Origin: Sphaerochaetaceae bacterium
Lineage (GTDB): Bacteria; Spirochaetota; Spirochaetia; Sphaerochaetales; Sphaerochaetaceae
DNA: 64,000 bases
Direction: 5' to 3'
Assembly: GCA_963643635.1 (NCBI GenBank)
Contig: CAVILL010000001.1
Span: 124-64,123, forward strand
The notes beneath the pieces are model-generated. The model saw only the letters and a program-made list of their open reading frames with translations, did no database searches and had not been told where the DNA came from. Position 1 is the stretch's first letter, and every line of letters begins with the position of its first letter. Of this stretch, positions 56,394 through 64,000 are shown one piece after another. The translations under genes were made by a program, and so were the position numbers.

Positions 56394-56421
56394 ATAATAC
56401 CAGAACTCCCGGAAAATGCAA
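56394..56421 (-). promoter_or_regulatory. Sigma70-like promoter for the ATPase-RloB-LuxR cassette
   Basis: The minus strand reads TTGCAT-16 nt-TATTAT, about 25 nt upstream of the ATG, inside a 228-bp AT-rich spacer. Confidence 0.4.
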
Positions 56422-56597
56422 AAACCGGCGGGAACGGCACAAGAGAGACAAATGATGTCCCGTACATAAAGAAATAAATACCCGGAAATGAATGCTTTTT
56501 AAGCAGTAAACTTCATTTTTAGTATGTTAAATCTTATTTACAGAACATCAATACCAAAATATTTCAGATTTTTACTTAACAAATATTAAGCACTTCT

Positions 56598-57701
56598 TCA
56601 GAAGAGATAGCTGTACGGAGAAACCGCCTCCGTCGCAGTCGAGTCGCTCTTGGGTTCGTACTGTTTCTTCGCTTCCTCGTTCTTCGCCTTCAGGGCCGTG
56701 AGGCGCGAGTAGAATCTGTCGACCTCCCTGTCATCCAGACCGTTCGAACGTATTTCGCCGAGAATCTCCAGGGCTCCCTCGTAGTCGCTGCGGGACGCAA
56801 GGATGAGCGCGGCATTGTAGCCGGAAGGCACATGCCGGGAATTCTCCCATGCATTCCTGAAGAGTTCGAGGGCGTAGTCGAAGTTGTCGTTCTTCGCAGC
56901 CTTGTAGGCCTCCTCCACGCTCTCGTTCTTCGGACTGTTGTCCTTGAAGGTGACCTCGGCATATCTTCTCGTCGGGATGAAGTCTTCGATTATCCCGCTT
57001 ATCTTGTCGGAGAGCGCTCTCTGTACGAGCTCCTGCTCGGAAAGAATCGATTTGAAGTAGTAGTACCTGGGGTCGAAGGACTCGTGGGACACGGCGGAAG
57101 TACTGTATTCCTTTATTGCGACGATTCTGTTCGTGGCAGTGTCGAGAACGGTGAGGGTGAACGAGATATCGACAGTTCTGTAGAGAGTATATACAACCTT
57201 CTCCGTTCCCCTGCTGTCCTTCACGATATCCATATCGATGTATTCGTCGCTTCTGAGAGATGTGATTCTCGGAACGATGAGCGCATCTACTCCGTCAGCC
57301 TTCAGCATTTCGGAAGGGTCACGGCCGATCTTATAGAGGGAGATGTATGTATCTGTCTTGTCTCTCGAGAGTGTTGAATAGTATGAGGATGAAGCAAAGA
57401 CCTTCTCCACCATTCTCGAGAGCTCGCCTGCCGTCGTGGAATTGACGGAGTCATAGCTGTACGAAGTGGCGTAATTGTAGATGACGAACCTCGAATCACC
57501 GTAGAAGTCGTCTATGTATCTTATGAAGCGCGGAAGGCTCTGATAGCCGTCATATTTCGATGCCGATGCGACCGCCACGGAGCGGTACTGACTCATGTTT
57601 ATGTTGCTCGGCTGCGTATAGGGAATGCTGAGACTCGTCTGGCATGACGCACATAAAACAATCACTGCCAGGAGTAATGTAATCAGAATGTTTCTTCTCA
57701 T
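56598..57701 (-). CDS. Lipoprotein with a TPR-like C-terminal region
   Basis: 367 aa. The signal and lipobox are VLCASC. The C-terminal helical repeats include YKAAKNDNFDYALELFRNAWE...YNAALILASRSDYEGALEIL. Confidence 0.7.
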   Translation of the reverse strand: MRRNILITLLLAVIVLCASCQTSLSIPYTQPSNINMSQYRSVAVASASKYDGYQSLPRFIRYIDDFYGDSRFVIYNYATSYSYDSVNSTTAGELSRMVEKVFASSSYYSTLSRDKTDTYISLYKIGRDPSEMLKADGVDALIVPRITSLRSDEYIDMDIVKDSRGTEKVVYTLYRTVDISFTLTVLDTATNRIVAIKEYSTSAVSHESFDPRYYYFKSILSEQELVQRALSDKISGIIEDFIPTRRYAEVTFKDNSPKNESVEEAYKAAKNDNFDYALELFRNAWENSRHVPSGYNAALILASRSDYEGALEILGEIRSNGLDDREVDRFYSRLTALKAKNEEAKKQYEPKSDSTATEAVSPYSYLF

Positions 57702-57775
57702 AATCTGTCCTTTCAGTCAGTATACAGAAAAGAAGTCAGCCGAGAAAGATGCGCGTCCTCCCCTTCAGCATCGAC

Positions 57776-57799
57776 AAAAAACCGGAGGTTTCCCTCCAG
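57776..57799 (-). terminator. Putative intrinsic terminator on the minus strand
   Basis: The minus strand reads CTGGAGG-GAAA-CCTCCGG followed by TTTTTT. It lies about 300 nt downstream of the DUF3800-like ORF. Confidence 0.45.
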
Positions 57800-58095
57800 T
57801 TTTGGCGGACCATATGTCCAGCCCATGAGACAGCCCTCCATTAACGGTCGGGCCTTTTTACTTAAGCAATAATTTTGTCCCATAACCACATTTTTAAAGC
57901 AACACTAAATTTAAATTCATCAATACTTCAGACGTAATCTTTTCTTCTCAACCATCAGCTTTCCAAAATCTTTTCCATCTACTTCTTTAAGACGAATCCG
58001 CTTAAATCTCCTTTCACCTCCCAGACACAGCATTTCGCCCCTTGAGAGATTGCCCCTATCAAACTTTATTCGACGAAGAAGGCGAAGGTGCAGCC

Positions 58096-58728
58096 TCAAA
58101 GCTGAGGGGTCAATACCCTGCGGCTTGCTGCGGCTGAGTCCGTAAACCCATAGCGGTTTTCCAGAAGACGACAGCTAAGTCGTATGCTGCGGAAGACCAT
58201 CGACTTTTGTAAGAAATAACTCAGGTTCACCTTTATGAATCCGACGATTTCATTTACAGGGAACCGCTGCACATCCTCTTTTGTCTTGTTTTTTCTTTTT
58301 ACGGAAAACTCAACATGCGACACATCAAGATGATTGAAGAAAGACGAAAAGTACATCAGAAGCTTCTTCCTGTTCTCAAGGGACTCCCCTTCGTATTCGT
58401 CCTTGCCGTGAATGGGCGGCCCGGTATGGAAGCAGTGACGGGGATAACCCAGGCGTGAGAACTCCTCCTCAAGCTTCTCCTCTTCTTCCTCTGTACTGAC
58501 ACAGCTTTCCCTGAGAACGAAACACATGATGTACCATGCCGATGAGGATGCACGGCTGTCGGGATTCCCCGATTCGTCGATATGTATGTCAAGTTCCCGC
58601 TCTTCTCCGAAGGCGTACTTCGCCTCGCAGAGTTCATCGACTCTGCTCTCGCGGATTACCGCCTCGCAAATGCTGCCGATTCCGTCCACATCGGCCTCCA
58701 CTGCGTCACATATATATCTGTATGGCAC
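58096..58728 (-). CDS. DUF3800-like protein
   Basis: 210-aa ORF. It has LDIHIDESGN (the DESG motif), HCFHTGPPIHGKDEYEG and RKKLLMYFSSFFNHL. Both the N-terminal 45 aa and the C-terminal 35 aa look atypical. Confidence 0.5.
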   Translation of the reverse strand: MPYRYICDAVEADVDGIGSICEAVIRESRVDELCEAKYAFGEERELDIHIDESGNPDSRASSSAWYIMCFVLRESCVSTEEEEEKLEEEFSRLGYPRHCFHTGPPIHGKDEYEGESLENRKKLLMYFSSFFNHLDVSHVEFSVKRKNKTKEDVQRFPVNEIVGFIKVNLSYFLQKSMVFRSIRLSCRLLENRYGFTDSAAASRRVLTPQL

Positions 58729-58827
58729 GGAAAGCGGAAGCTGTGTCGGAATTTACATGAGGTCTTTTTTTGCTCCGGCATTTTCCGGGTCTCGACAATG
58801 TCGGGGGAATTCCTATAATCCATAACT

Positions 58828-58977
58828 ATGGGACCCGATGATTACGAAGAGTACGAAGATGACGAATCCGGAGAAAGAATCGTCATCGAAAACAGGATCG
58901 ATGAAGACAACCTCGCTGACCTCGAAGAGGATCAGATGGAGGATCTGGAGGACGAGGCATTCGACCTCGATTTCTGA
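58828..58977 (+). CDS. Possible 49-aa highly acidic micro-ORF upstream of the MATE gene
   Basis: The peptide is MGPDDYEEYEDDESGERIVIENRIDEDNLADLEEDQMEDLEDEAFDLDF. Its stop lies 2 nt before the MATE ATG. A TCGACA-16-TATAAT element ends 8 nt before its ATG. It is below the ORF-track length cut-off. Confidence 0.3.
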   Translation: MGPDDYEEYEDDESGERIVIENRIDEDNLADLEEDQMEDLEDEAFDLDF

Positions 58978-58979
58978 CA

Positions 58980-60365
58980 ATGTCAAGGCTTCTGATAGAT
59001 AAATCGAGACTACCCTTCGATTCGAAGTACCTCAGAAATCTTATTCTTCCCCTCGTGGCCGACACGGCGCTCTCCGTTGCCGTCGGCATGGCGGACACGC
59101 TCATGGTCGCGCAGGCGGGAGAGGCGGCAGTCAGCGGCGTCAGCTGCGTCAATTCGATACAGACTCTTCTCGTCCAGATCATAATGGCATTCGCCACCGG
59201 TGGAAGCGTTGTTGCATGTCAGCTTCTGGGAATGGGAGAGAAGGAAAGAGCGAGAAGAAGCTGCAAGCAGCTGATGAACCTTGTTCTGGCATTCTCAATC
59301 GTGACGGCGGGCCTGTTACTCATATTCAGAAACGAAACCATCGATTTCATATACGGAACAATTGAGAAGGACGTATTCGACTCCGCCGTGGCCTACGCAA
59401 TCCCGATTCTCCTGAGCATGCCCTTCTATGCCGTCATGAGTGCGGCGAACGCAGTCAGCCGCTCGATGGGGCGCAGCCGCATAACGATGAACGTCTCGAT
59501 AATCGTCAACGTCGTCAACATCGCGGGCAACGCCGTCTTTCTCTTCGTCTTCAACCAGGGAGCTCTGGGAGTCGGAATTGCATCGTGCATCTCGCGTGTC
59601 GTCGGCGCCGTCATCATGTTCATAGTAATCTGCGACACGTCGAAGGAACTTTATATCGAATCCCCGTACAGGCCGGAATTCGACGCCGGGATTTCGAAGA
59701 TGATTCTCTCCCAGGCTGTCCCGACCGGAACGCAGAACTGTCTCTTCCAGGTCGGAAAGGTTCTGATTGCCTCCACCATAGCCTCCTTCGGAACGGCAAG
59801 CATCGCAGCCTATGCCGTCTTCAACAACTCGGAGACTCTCATCGATATCCCCGGTTCCGCGATATCCCTCGCATCCGTCACCGTCATCGGACAGTGCTGC
59901 GGCGCGAAGCTCTATGACGAGGCCATGTACTATGCACGCCGTCTCATAAGGATTTCGACGGCATGCATGCTCTGCACCGGCACAATCATGTTCCTCGTCG
60001 CCCCCTGGATGGTATCCCTGTACGGTCTCAGCGCGGAGGCGACAGAGCTTGCGGTCATGACAATGCGCATCGACTGCGTATGCCGTCTCTACTGGTCTCT
60101 CGCCTTCGTCACCCCGCATATCCTCCAGGCTGCGGGAGACGTGAAGATTGTCATGGTCACCGCAATACTGGACATGTGGATCTGCAGGGTTCTCTTTGCA
60201 CACATCCTCGGTGTCAACCTCGGTCTCGGGCTTCTCGGGACCCAGATGGGCATGTGGCTTGACTGGGTTGTGAGAGTCATCGTCTTCTACCCGCGTCTCA
60301 GAAGCGGAAAATGGAAGACGAAGGGAATCAGAATCAGAGATGACGTTGTCGAGAGCGGCAATTAG
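58980..60365 (+). CDS. MATE-family efflux transporter
   Basis: 461 aa with 12 predicted TM segments. The N-terminus LRNLILPLVADTALSVAVGMADTLMV is typical of MATE/NorM proteins. Confidence 0.85.
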   Translation: MSRLLIDKSRLPFDSKYLRNLILPLVADTALSVAVGMADTLMVAQAGEAAVSGVSCVNSIQTLLVQIIMAFATGGSVVACQLLGMGEKERARRSCKQLMNLVLAFSIVTAGLLLIFRNETIDFIYGTIEKDVFDSAVAYAIPILLSMPFYAVMSAANAVSRSMGRSRITMNVSIIVNVVNIAGNAVFLFVFNQGALGVGIASCISRVVGAVIMFIVICDTSKELYIESPYRPEFDAGISKMILSQAVPTGTQNCLFQVGKVLIASTIASFGTASIAAYAVFNNSETLIDIPGSAISLASVTVIGQCCGAKLYDEAMYYARRLIRISTACMLCTGTIMFLVAPWMVSLYGLSAEATELAVMTMRIDCVCRLYWSLAFVTPHILQAAGDVKIVMVTAILDMWICRVLFAHILGVNLGLGLLGTQMGMWLDWVVRVIVFYPRLRSGKWKTKGIRIRDDVVESGN

Positions 60366-60380
60366 GTTCATACTTCGAGT

Positions 60381-61652
60381 ATGACAGAAGAATCTCTCAT
60401 GAGAGCTGAAGCTCTTACATCATTTATCGCATCATCCCCCTCGCCCTACCATGCTGTGGACAACGCAGCCGCCATTCTCGAAAAGAGCGGCTTCATCGGA
60501 CTCGATGAAAGGAAGAAGTTCAATCTCGAGAGGGGGAAGTCCTATTTCGTGACACGCTCCTCCTCGGCACTGATCGCATTCCGCATTCCTCAGAATCCCG
60601 CATGCTTCCACATCGTATCGGCACACACCGACTCGCCGTGCTTCAAGATAAAGTGGAATCCCGTCGTGAAGGCGAAGGACATGCCGATACGTCTCAACAC
60701 AGAATCCTACGGCGGGCTTCTCCTCTACACCTGGTTCGACAGACCGCTCTCAGCGGCCGGAAGGGTCTTCTATACGGAAAACGGCGAACTGAAGGAGAAG
60801 CATATAGATCTCAAGGACAGGATTTCATTCGTAATCCCGTCCCTCTGCATCCATCAGAACAGGGAGGCCAACTCCGGCTGGAAGATTTCCGTCCAGAAGG
60901 AGATGCTCCCCCTCTACTCCGACAGTGACGACGATTTTCTGACGCTTCTTGCAGAGGAGGCCGGATGCAGAGAGGAGGACATCACGGACTGTGACCTCTT
61001 CCTCTACAACAGAACCCCCTCCGTCTTCAGCGGAAGAAGGAAGGAGTATTTCTCCTCTCCCAGAATCGACGACCTCGAATGCGCATACAGCGCAGTCGAA
61101 GCCCTGAAGGATACGACAGGCTTTGCCGTCACAATGGCCGCTCTCTTCGACAACGAGGAGACGGGAAGCGGCACGATGCAGGGTGCACTCTCGGACTTTC
61201 TTGCTAACACAATCTCCCGCATAGCACTTTCCCTCGGGTGGAACGAGGAGGAGAAGTGCATCGCACTCTCCTCGTCCTTCATGCTCAGTGCGGACAACGG
61301 CCATGCCGTACACCCCGCATACCCCGAGAAGAGCGACATCACGAACAGACCCGGAATGAACAGGGGAGTTCTTCTGAAGTACGCATCGAGCCAGAAGTAC
61401 ACGACAAGCGGCTTCAGCGGTGCCTTCACACGTAAGATACTCAGAGACAGCTCGATCCCCTTCCAGGTCTTCTACAACCACAGCGATATGCCGGGCGGCT
61501 CGACGCTGGGGAATCTCTCGACCCAGAAGATCTCCATTGCGACAAGCGACGTGGGATGCGCGCAGCTTGCAATGCATTCGTCATACGAGACGGCGGGAAC
61601 GGAGGATGTGAAACACCTCTACGATTTCTTCCGCGCATTCTTCTCTCTCTGA
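60381..61652 (+). CDS. M18-family aminopeptidase
   Basis: 423 aa. Motifs are SPSPYHAV, AHTDSPCFKIK, RIDDLECAY and FDNEETGS. Confidence 0.85.
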   Translation: MTEESLMRAEALTSFIASSPSPYHAVDNAAAILEKSGFIGLDERKKFNLERGKSYFVTRSSSALIAFRIPQNPACFHIVSAHTDSPCFKIKWNPVVKAKDMPIRLNTESYGGLLLYTWFDRPLSAAGRVFYTENGELKEKHIDLKDRISFVIPSLCIHQNREANSGWKISVQKEMLPLYSDSDDDFLTLLAEEAGCREEDITDCDLFLYNRTPSVFSGRRKEYFSSPRIDDLECAYSAVEALKDTTGFAVTMAALFDNEETGSGTMQGALSDFLANTISRIALSLGWNEEEKCIALSSSFMLSADNGHAVHPAYPEKSDITNRPGMNRGVLLKYASSQKYTTSGFSGAFTRKILRDSSIPFQVFYNHSDMPGGSTLGNLSTQKISIATSDVGCAQLAMHSSYETAGTEDVKHLYDFFRAFFSL

Positions 61653-61680
61653 CTGCAGTCCCGGGACTTCCCGGGATTCT

Positions 61681-63357
61681 TCAGTCACCGTACATTATTC
61701 TCTTTCTTATTCCGGACGAAAGCCATTCGACTGCAAGGACAAGGACTCCCAGTCCCAGGAGAATCGCACCCGCCTGGTTCCACCTGTACTGAGTGACGGC
61801 GAAGACTAAAGGTGCTCCGATTCCCCCCGCCCCCACAATCCCCAGGACGGAGGTGTCGCGGAGATTCACGTCGAAGCGGTAGATTAGAATGGACAGAAAG
61901 GATGCGGAGAGAGAGGGAACTATTGCGTATCTGATCCTTTCGAAGGTGGAACAGCCGAGAGAAGAAAGGGAATCGGTTACTCCCCTGTCAAGGTTCTCGA
62001 CTTCCTCCGTGAACATGCGGCTGATCATGCCGACGGATGAGAGACTCATCGTCAGCACTCCCGCAGCCGCTCCGGGCCCCGTGACACGTATGAACATCAG
62101 AGCATAGACGAAGGACGGAACCGTTCTCACGGCCATGACAGCGGTTCTGAATATCCAGGAGACGTATTTCCCCGTAATGTTCTCCGCCGAGAGGAAGGAG
62201 AGCGGTACGGCAAGAACTGCCCCGAAGAGGGTACCGAGGAATGCTGTCGAGAGAGTCTCGAACAGAAGATACGGCACTCCGTTTTCCGAGAATGTGAAGA
62301 GAAGAGAGGTATCGGGATGGAGGACTGAGCGGACAATGCTCAATGCCGCCGTTCTGCCGCCGGATGAGTCAGAAACAGAAAAGTCCAGAACCCTTCCCGA
62401 AAGAACCACGAGAGCGACAGCCAGCAGGGGAACAATGATCTTTCCAGGGACTTCTCTCCGCCCCGCCGCATACATTTCATCCACTGTCGCATTTCTTCCG
62501 TTTTCCGTCTTTCTTCCCGCATTCCCCTCCTCGAGCATTCTCCTGAGATGCGTGCTCGTGATTTCGACCAGGGCGACCGTGACGAAGAGAGAAAGGAGAA
62601 TCATCCCTACCCGGGGATAGTTCCTCCAACCCATTTCGGAATTGAGAATAAGGCCGATGCCCCCTGCCCCGACGTATCCCAGGACGGATGCGTATCTTAC
62701 GCTGCTCTCGAAAGAGTAGAGGACCGAGGAAAGGTAGAGGGGAAGAACCTGCGGCAGGACTGCCGTCAGAGCGGCCCGGGCCTTCGTTGCTCCCTGGGCT
62801 AGTGCCGCCTCATAGGGGGAGATATCTGCACTCTCTATCTCCTCATAGAGAAGCTTCCCGCAGTATGAGAAGGTGAATACTGCAATGCTCAGTGTTCCAG
62901 CAGTTGTTCCGAGACCGTAGAGAAAGGTGAGAAGAAGCGCCGTAACAAGGGTCGGAAGAGTTCTCAGAAGCGAGAAGAGGAAACGGAAGATGGATACAAC
63001 CCACCTTCTCTTCACGATGTTGCCGGACGCGAGAACGGAAAAGGGAACAGCCAGAAGAGCGCCGAGTGCGGTTCCCGCCGCGCTCATGAGAATGGTGTCA
63101 CAAAGAGGTGACCAGACGGAGCCGAGGTAGTCCGTGTCCGGAGGAAACATTCTCGAGAGAACCGTCCGGAACTGTCCGCCGCGCTTCAGGAGCACGGAAA
63201 AGCTGAAATCTGTAACGTAAAGCGAGACGAGAGCGAAGAGAAGAAGGACAATGAGAACAGGAAGCGTGCGGCTCCTTCTCTCTCTGACTGTCCTGCCGTC
63301 TGAAAGTGTTAAAGACGGAGAAAGAATTCTCTCAGAGAGTCTCATGAATACCCTCAC
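61681..63357 (-). CDS. phnE: Phosphonate ABC transporter permease, fused double PhnE
   Basis: 558 aa, about twice the usual PhnE length. There are two internally similar halves, each ending in ..LGxVGAGGIG..L and a RWNQ/WRNY-type tail. Confidence 0.8.
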   Translation of the reverse strand: MRVFMRLSERILSPSLTLSDGRTVRERRSRTLPVLIVLLLFALVSLYVTDFSFSVLLKRGGQFRTVLSRMFPPDTDYLGSVWSPLCDTILMSAAGTALGALLAVPFSVLASGNIVKRRWVVSIFRFLFSLLRTLPTLVTALLLTFLYGLGTTAGTLSIAVFTFSYCGKLLYEEIESADISPYEAALAQGATKARAALTAVLPQVLPLYLSSVLYSFESSVRYASVLGYVGAGGIGLILNSEMGWRNYPRVGMILLSLFVTVALVEITSTHLRRMLEEGNAGRKTENGRNATVDEMYAAGRREVPGKIIVPLLAVALVVLSGRVLDFSVSDSSGGRTAALSIVRSVLHPDTSLLFTFSENGVPYLLFETLSTAFLGTLFGAVLAVPLSFLSAENITGKYVSWIFRTAVMAVRTVPSFVYALMFIRVTGPGAAAGVLTMSLSSVGMISRMFTEEVENLDRGVTDSLSSLGCSTFERIRYAIVPSLSASFLSILIYRFDVNLRDTSVLGIVGAGGIGAPLVFAVTQYRWNQAGAILLGLGVLVLAVEWLSSGIRKRIMYGD

Positions 63358-64000
63358 TCTCTCCGCCGTAGATTAAGCGAAGCATGTCCTCTGTCAGATC
63401 GCAGGCCTTTCCGTCGTAGATGATTCTTCCCTTCCTTATTCCGATTATCCTCTCCGCATACTCCAGTGCAAGAGAAGTGTGATGCATGTTGACGACAACG
63501 GTTGTTCCCTTCTCCCTGTTCATACGTCCGAGAGTTTCGAGAACCATCCGTGCGGAGACCGGATCGAGGGACGATACGGGTTCGTCGGCGAGTATGATAC
63601 CGGGATCCTGCATAAGCGTCCGTGCGAGGGCGACCCGCTGCATCTCGCCCCCCGAGAGACGGTCACAGCGGACATAGGCCCTGTCGAGAATCGAGAGGGA
63701 ATCGAGAAGCTCGAGAGCCTTTATCTTCTTCTCCTTCGGAAAGAGCCCAGTAAGCACCCTCCAGAAGGGAAGATCCGGAACCGAGGCTGTAAGTACGTTG
63801 TAAACGGCACTGGAGCGTTTCACGAGATCGAGTGACTGGAACATCATCCCGATACGGCGCCTCAGGAGTCTGAGGTCCCGTCCCTTGAGGACGGAGACAT
63901 CCGTGCCGTCGACAAGAACGGTGCCGGAAGTGACGGGACTCATTCCGTTCACACTTCTCAGGAGTGTGGTCTTTCCGGCCCCAGATGGACCGATGATGCC
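63332..64000 (-). CDS. phnC: Phosphonate import ATP-binding protein PhnC (5' end beyond the window)
   Basis: The frame stays open to the window edge. Walker A GIIGPSGAGKTT is encoded at 63965-64000. It also has LSGGEMQRVALARTL and ILADEPVSSLDP. Confidence 0.85.
   Translation of the reverse strand, partial: GIIGPSGAGKTTLLRSVNGMSPVTSGTVLVDGTDVSVLKGRDLRLLRRRIGMMFQSLDLVKRSSAVYNVLTASVPDLPFWRVLTGLFPKEKKIKALELLDSLSILDRAYVRCDRLSGGEMQRVALARTLMQDPGIILADEPVSSLDPVSARMVLETLGRMNREKGTTVVVNMHHTSLALEYAERIIGIRKGRIIYDGKACDLTEDMLRLIYGGESEGIHETL

Noticed and set aside
61653-61680. CCCGGGACTTCCCGGGA between the convergent M18 peptidase and phnE genes, considered as a terminator
   Set aside because: The stem is only a 6-bp self-complementary CCCGGG pair and there is no T-run on either strand. 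That is too weak to call.

Overview
This 64 kb chromosomal segment is roughly 50% GC and densely coded on both strands. Most genes are housekeeping. Type-2 IleS, Cys lipoboxes and Rpn-like genes hint at a Treponema-like spirochaete, but that is inference only. I recognise five aminoacyl-tRNA synthetases: ileS, trpS, tyrS, glyQS and gltX. I also recognise rpmF-acpP-rnc, rplY-pth-tilS, ftsH, lepA, thiI with a cysteine desulfurase, cca, aroB, ispE, udk, one tRNA-Gln(UUG), an ARG-box-fronted argG-argH-ABC transporter-argF operon, and phnCE at the right edge. Small accessory islets sit between these blocks. The strongest candidate for something undescribed is a three-gene cassette at 53606-56369 (minus strand). 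Its genes are joined by 1-nt stop/start overlaps: an AAA_21-type ATPase, an RloB/Toprim-like protein and a polytopic-membrane LuxR-HTH protein. Both enzymatic partners appear to carry substitutions in their catalytic motifs. The second candidate is a tandem pair of secreted or lipoprotein paralogues (8374-12913). Each is built from 8-14 copies of a 38-40 aa His/Cys3 module, then an acidic linker and a shared Cys-rich C-terminal domain. Other accessory items:
- a mazEF pair with a frameshifted toxin
- an orphan HNH nuclease behind an ORF carrying an in-frame TGA
- a truncated second AAA_21 ATPase
- a DUF3800-like gene
- a DUF4143 ATPase preceded by 23-bp tandem repeats next to the tRNA
- a PBECR-like orphan
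- several split genes

I saw no CRISPR array, rRNA, integrase or classical IS transposase. All family assignments come from reading motifs by eye; no database search was run.
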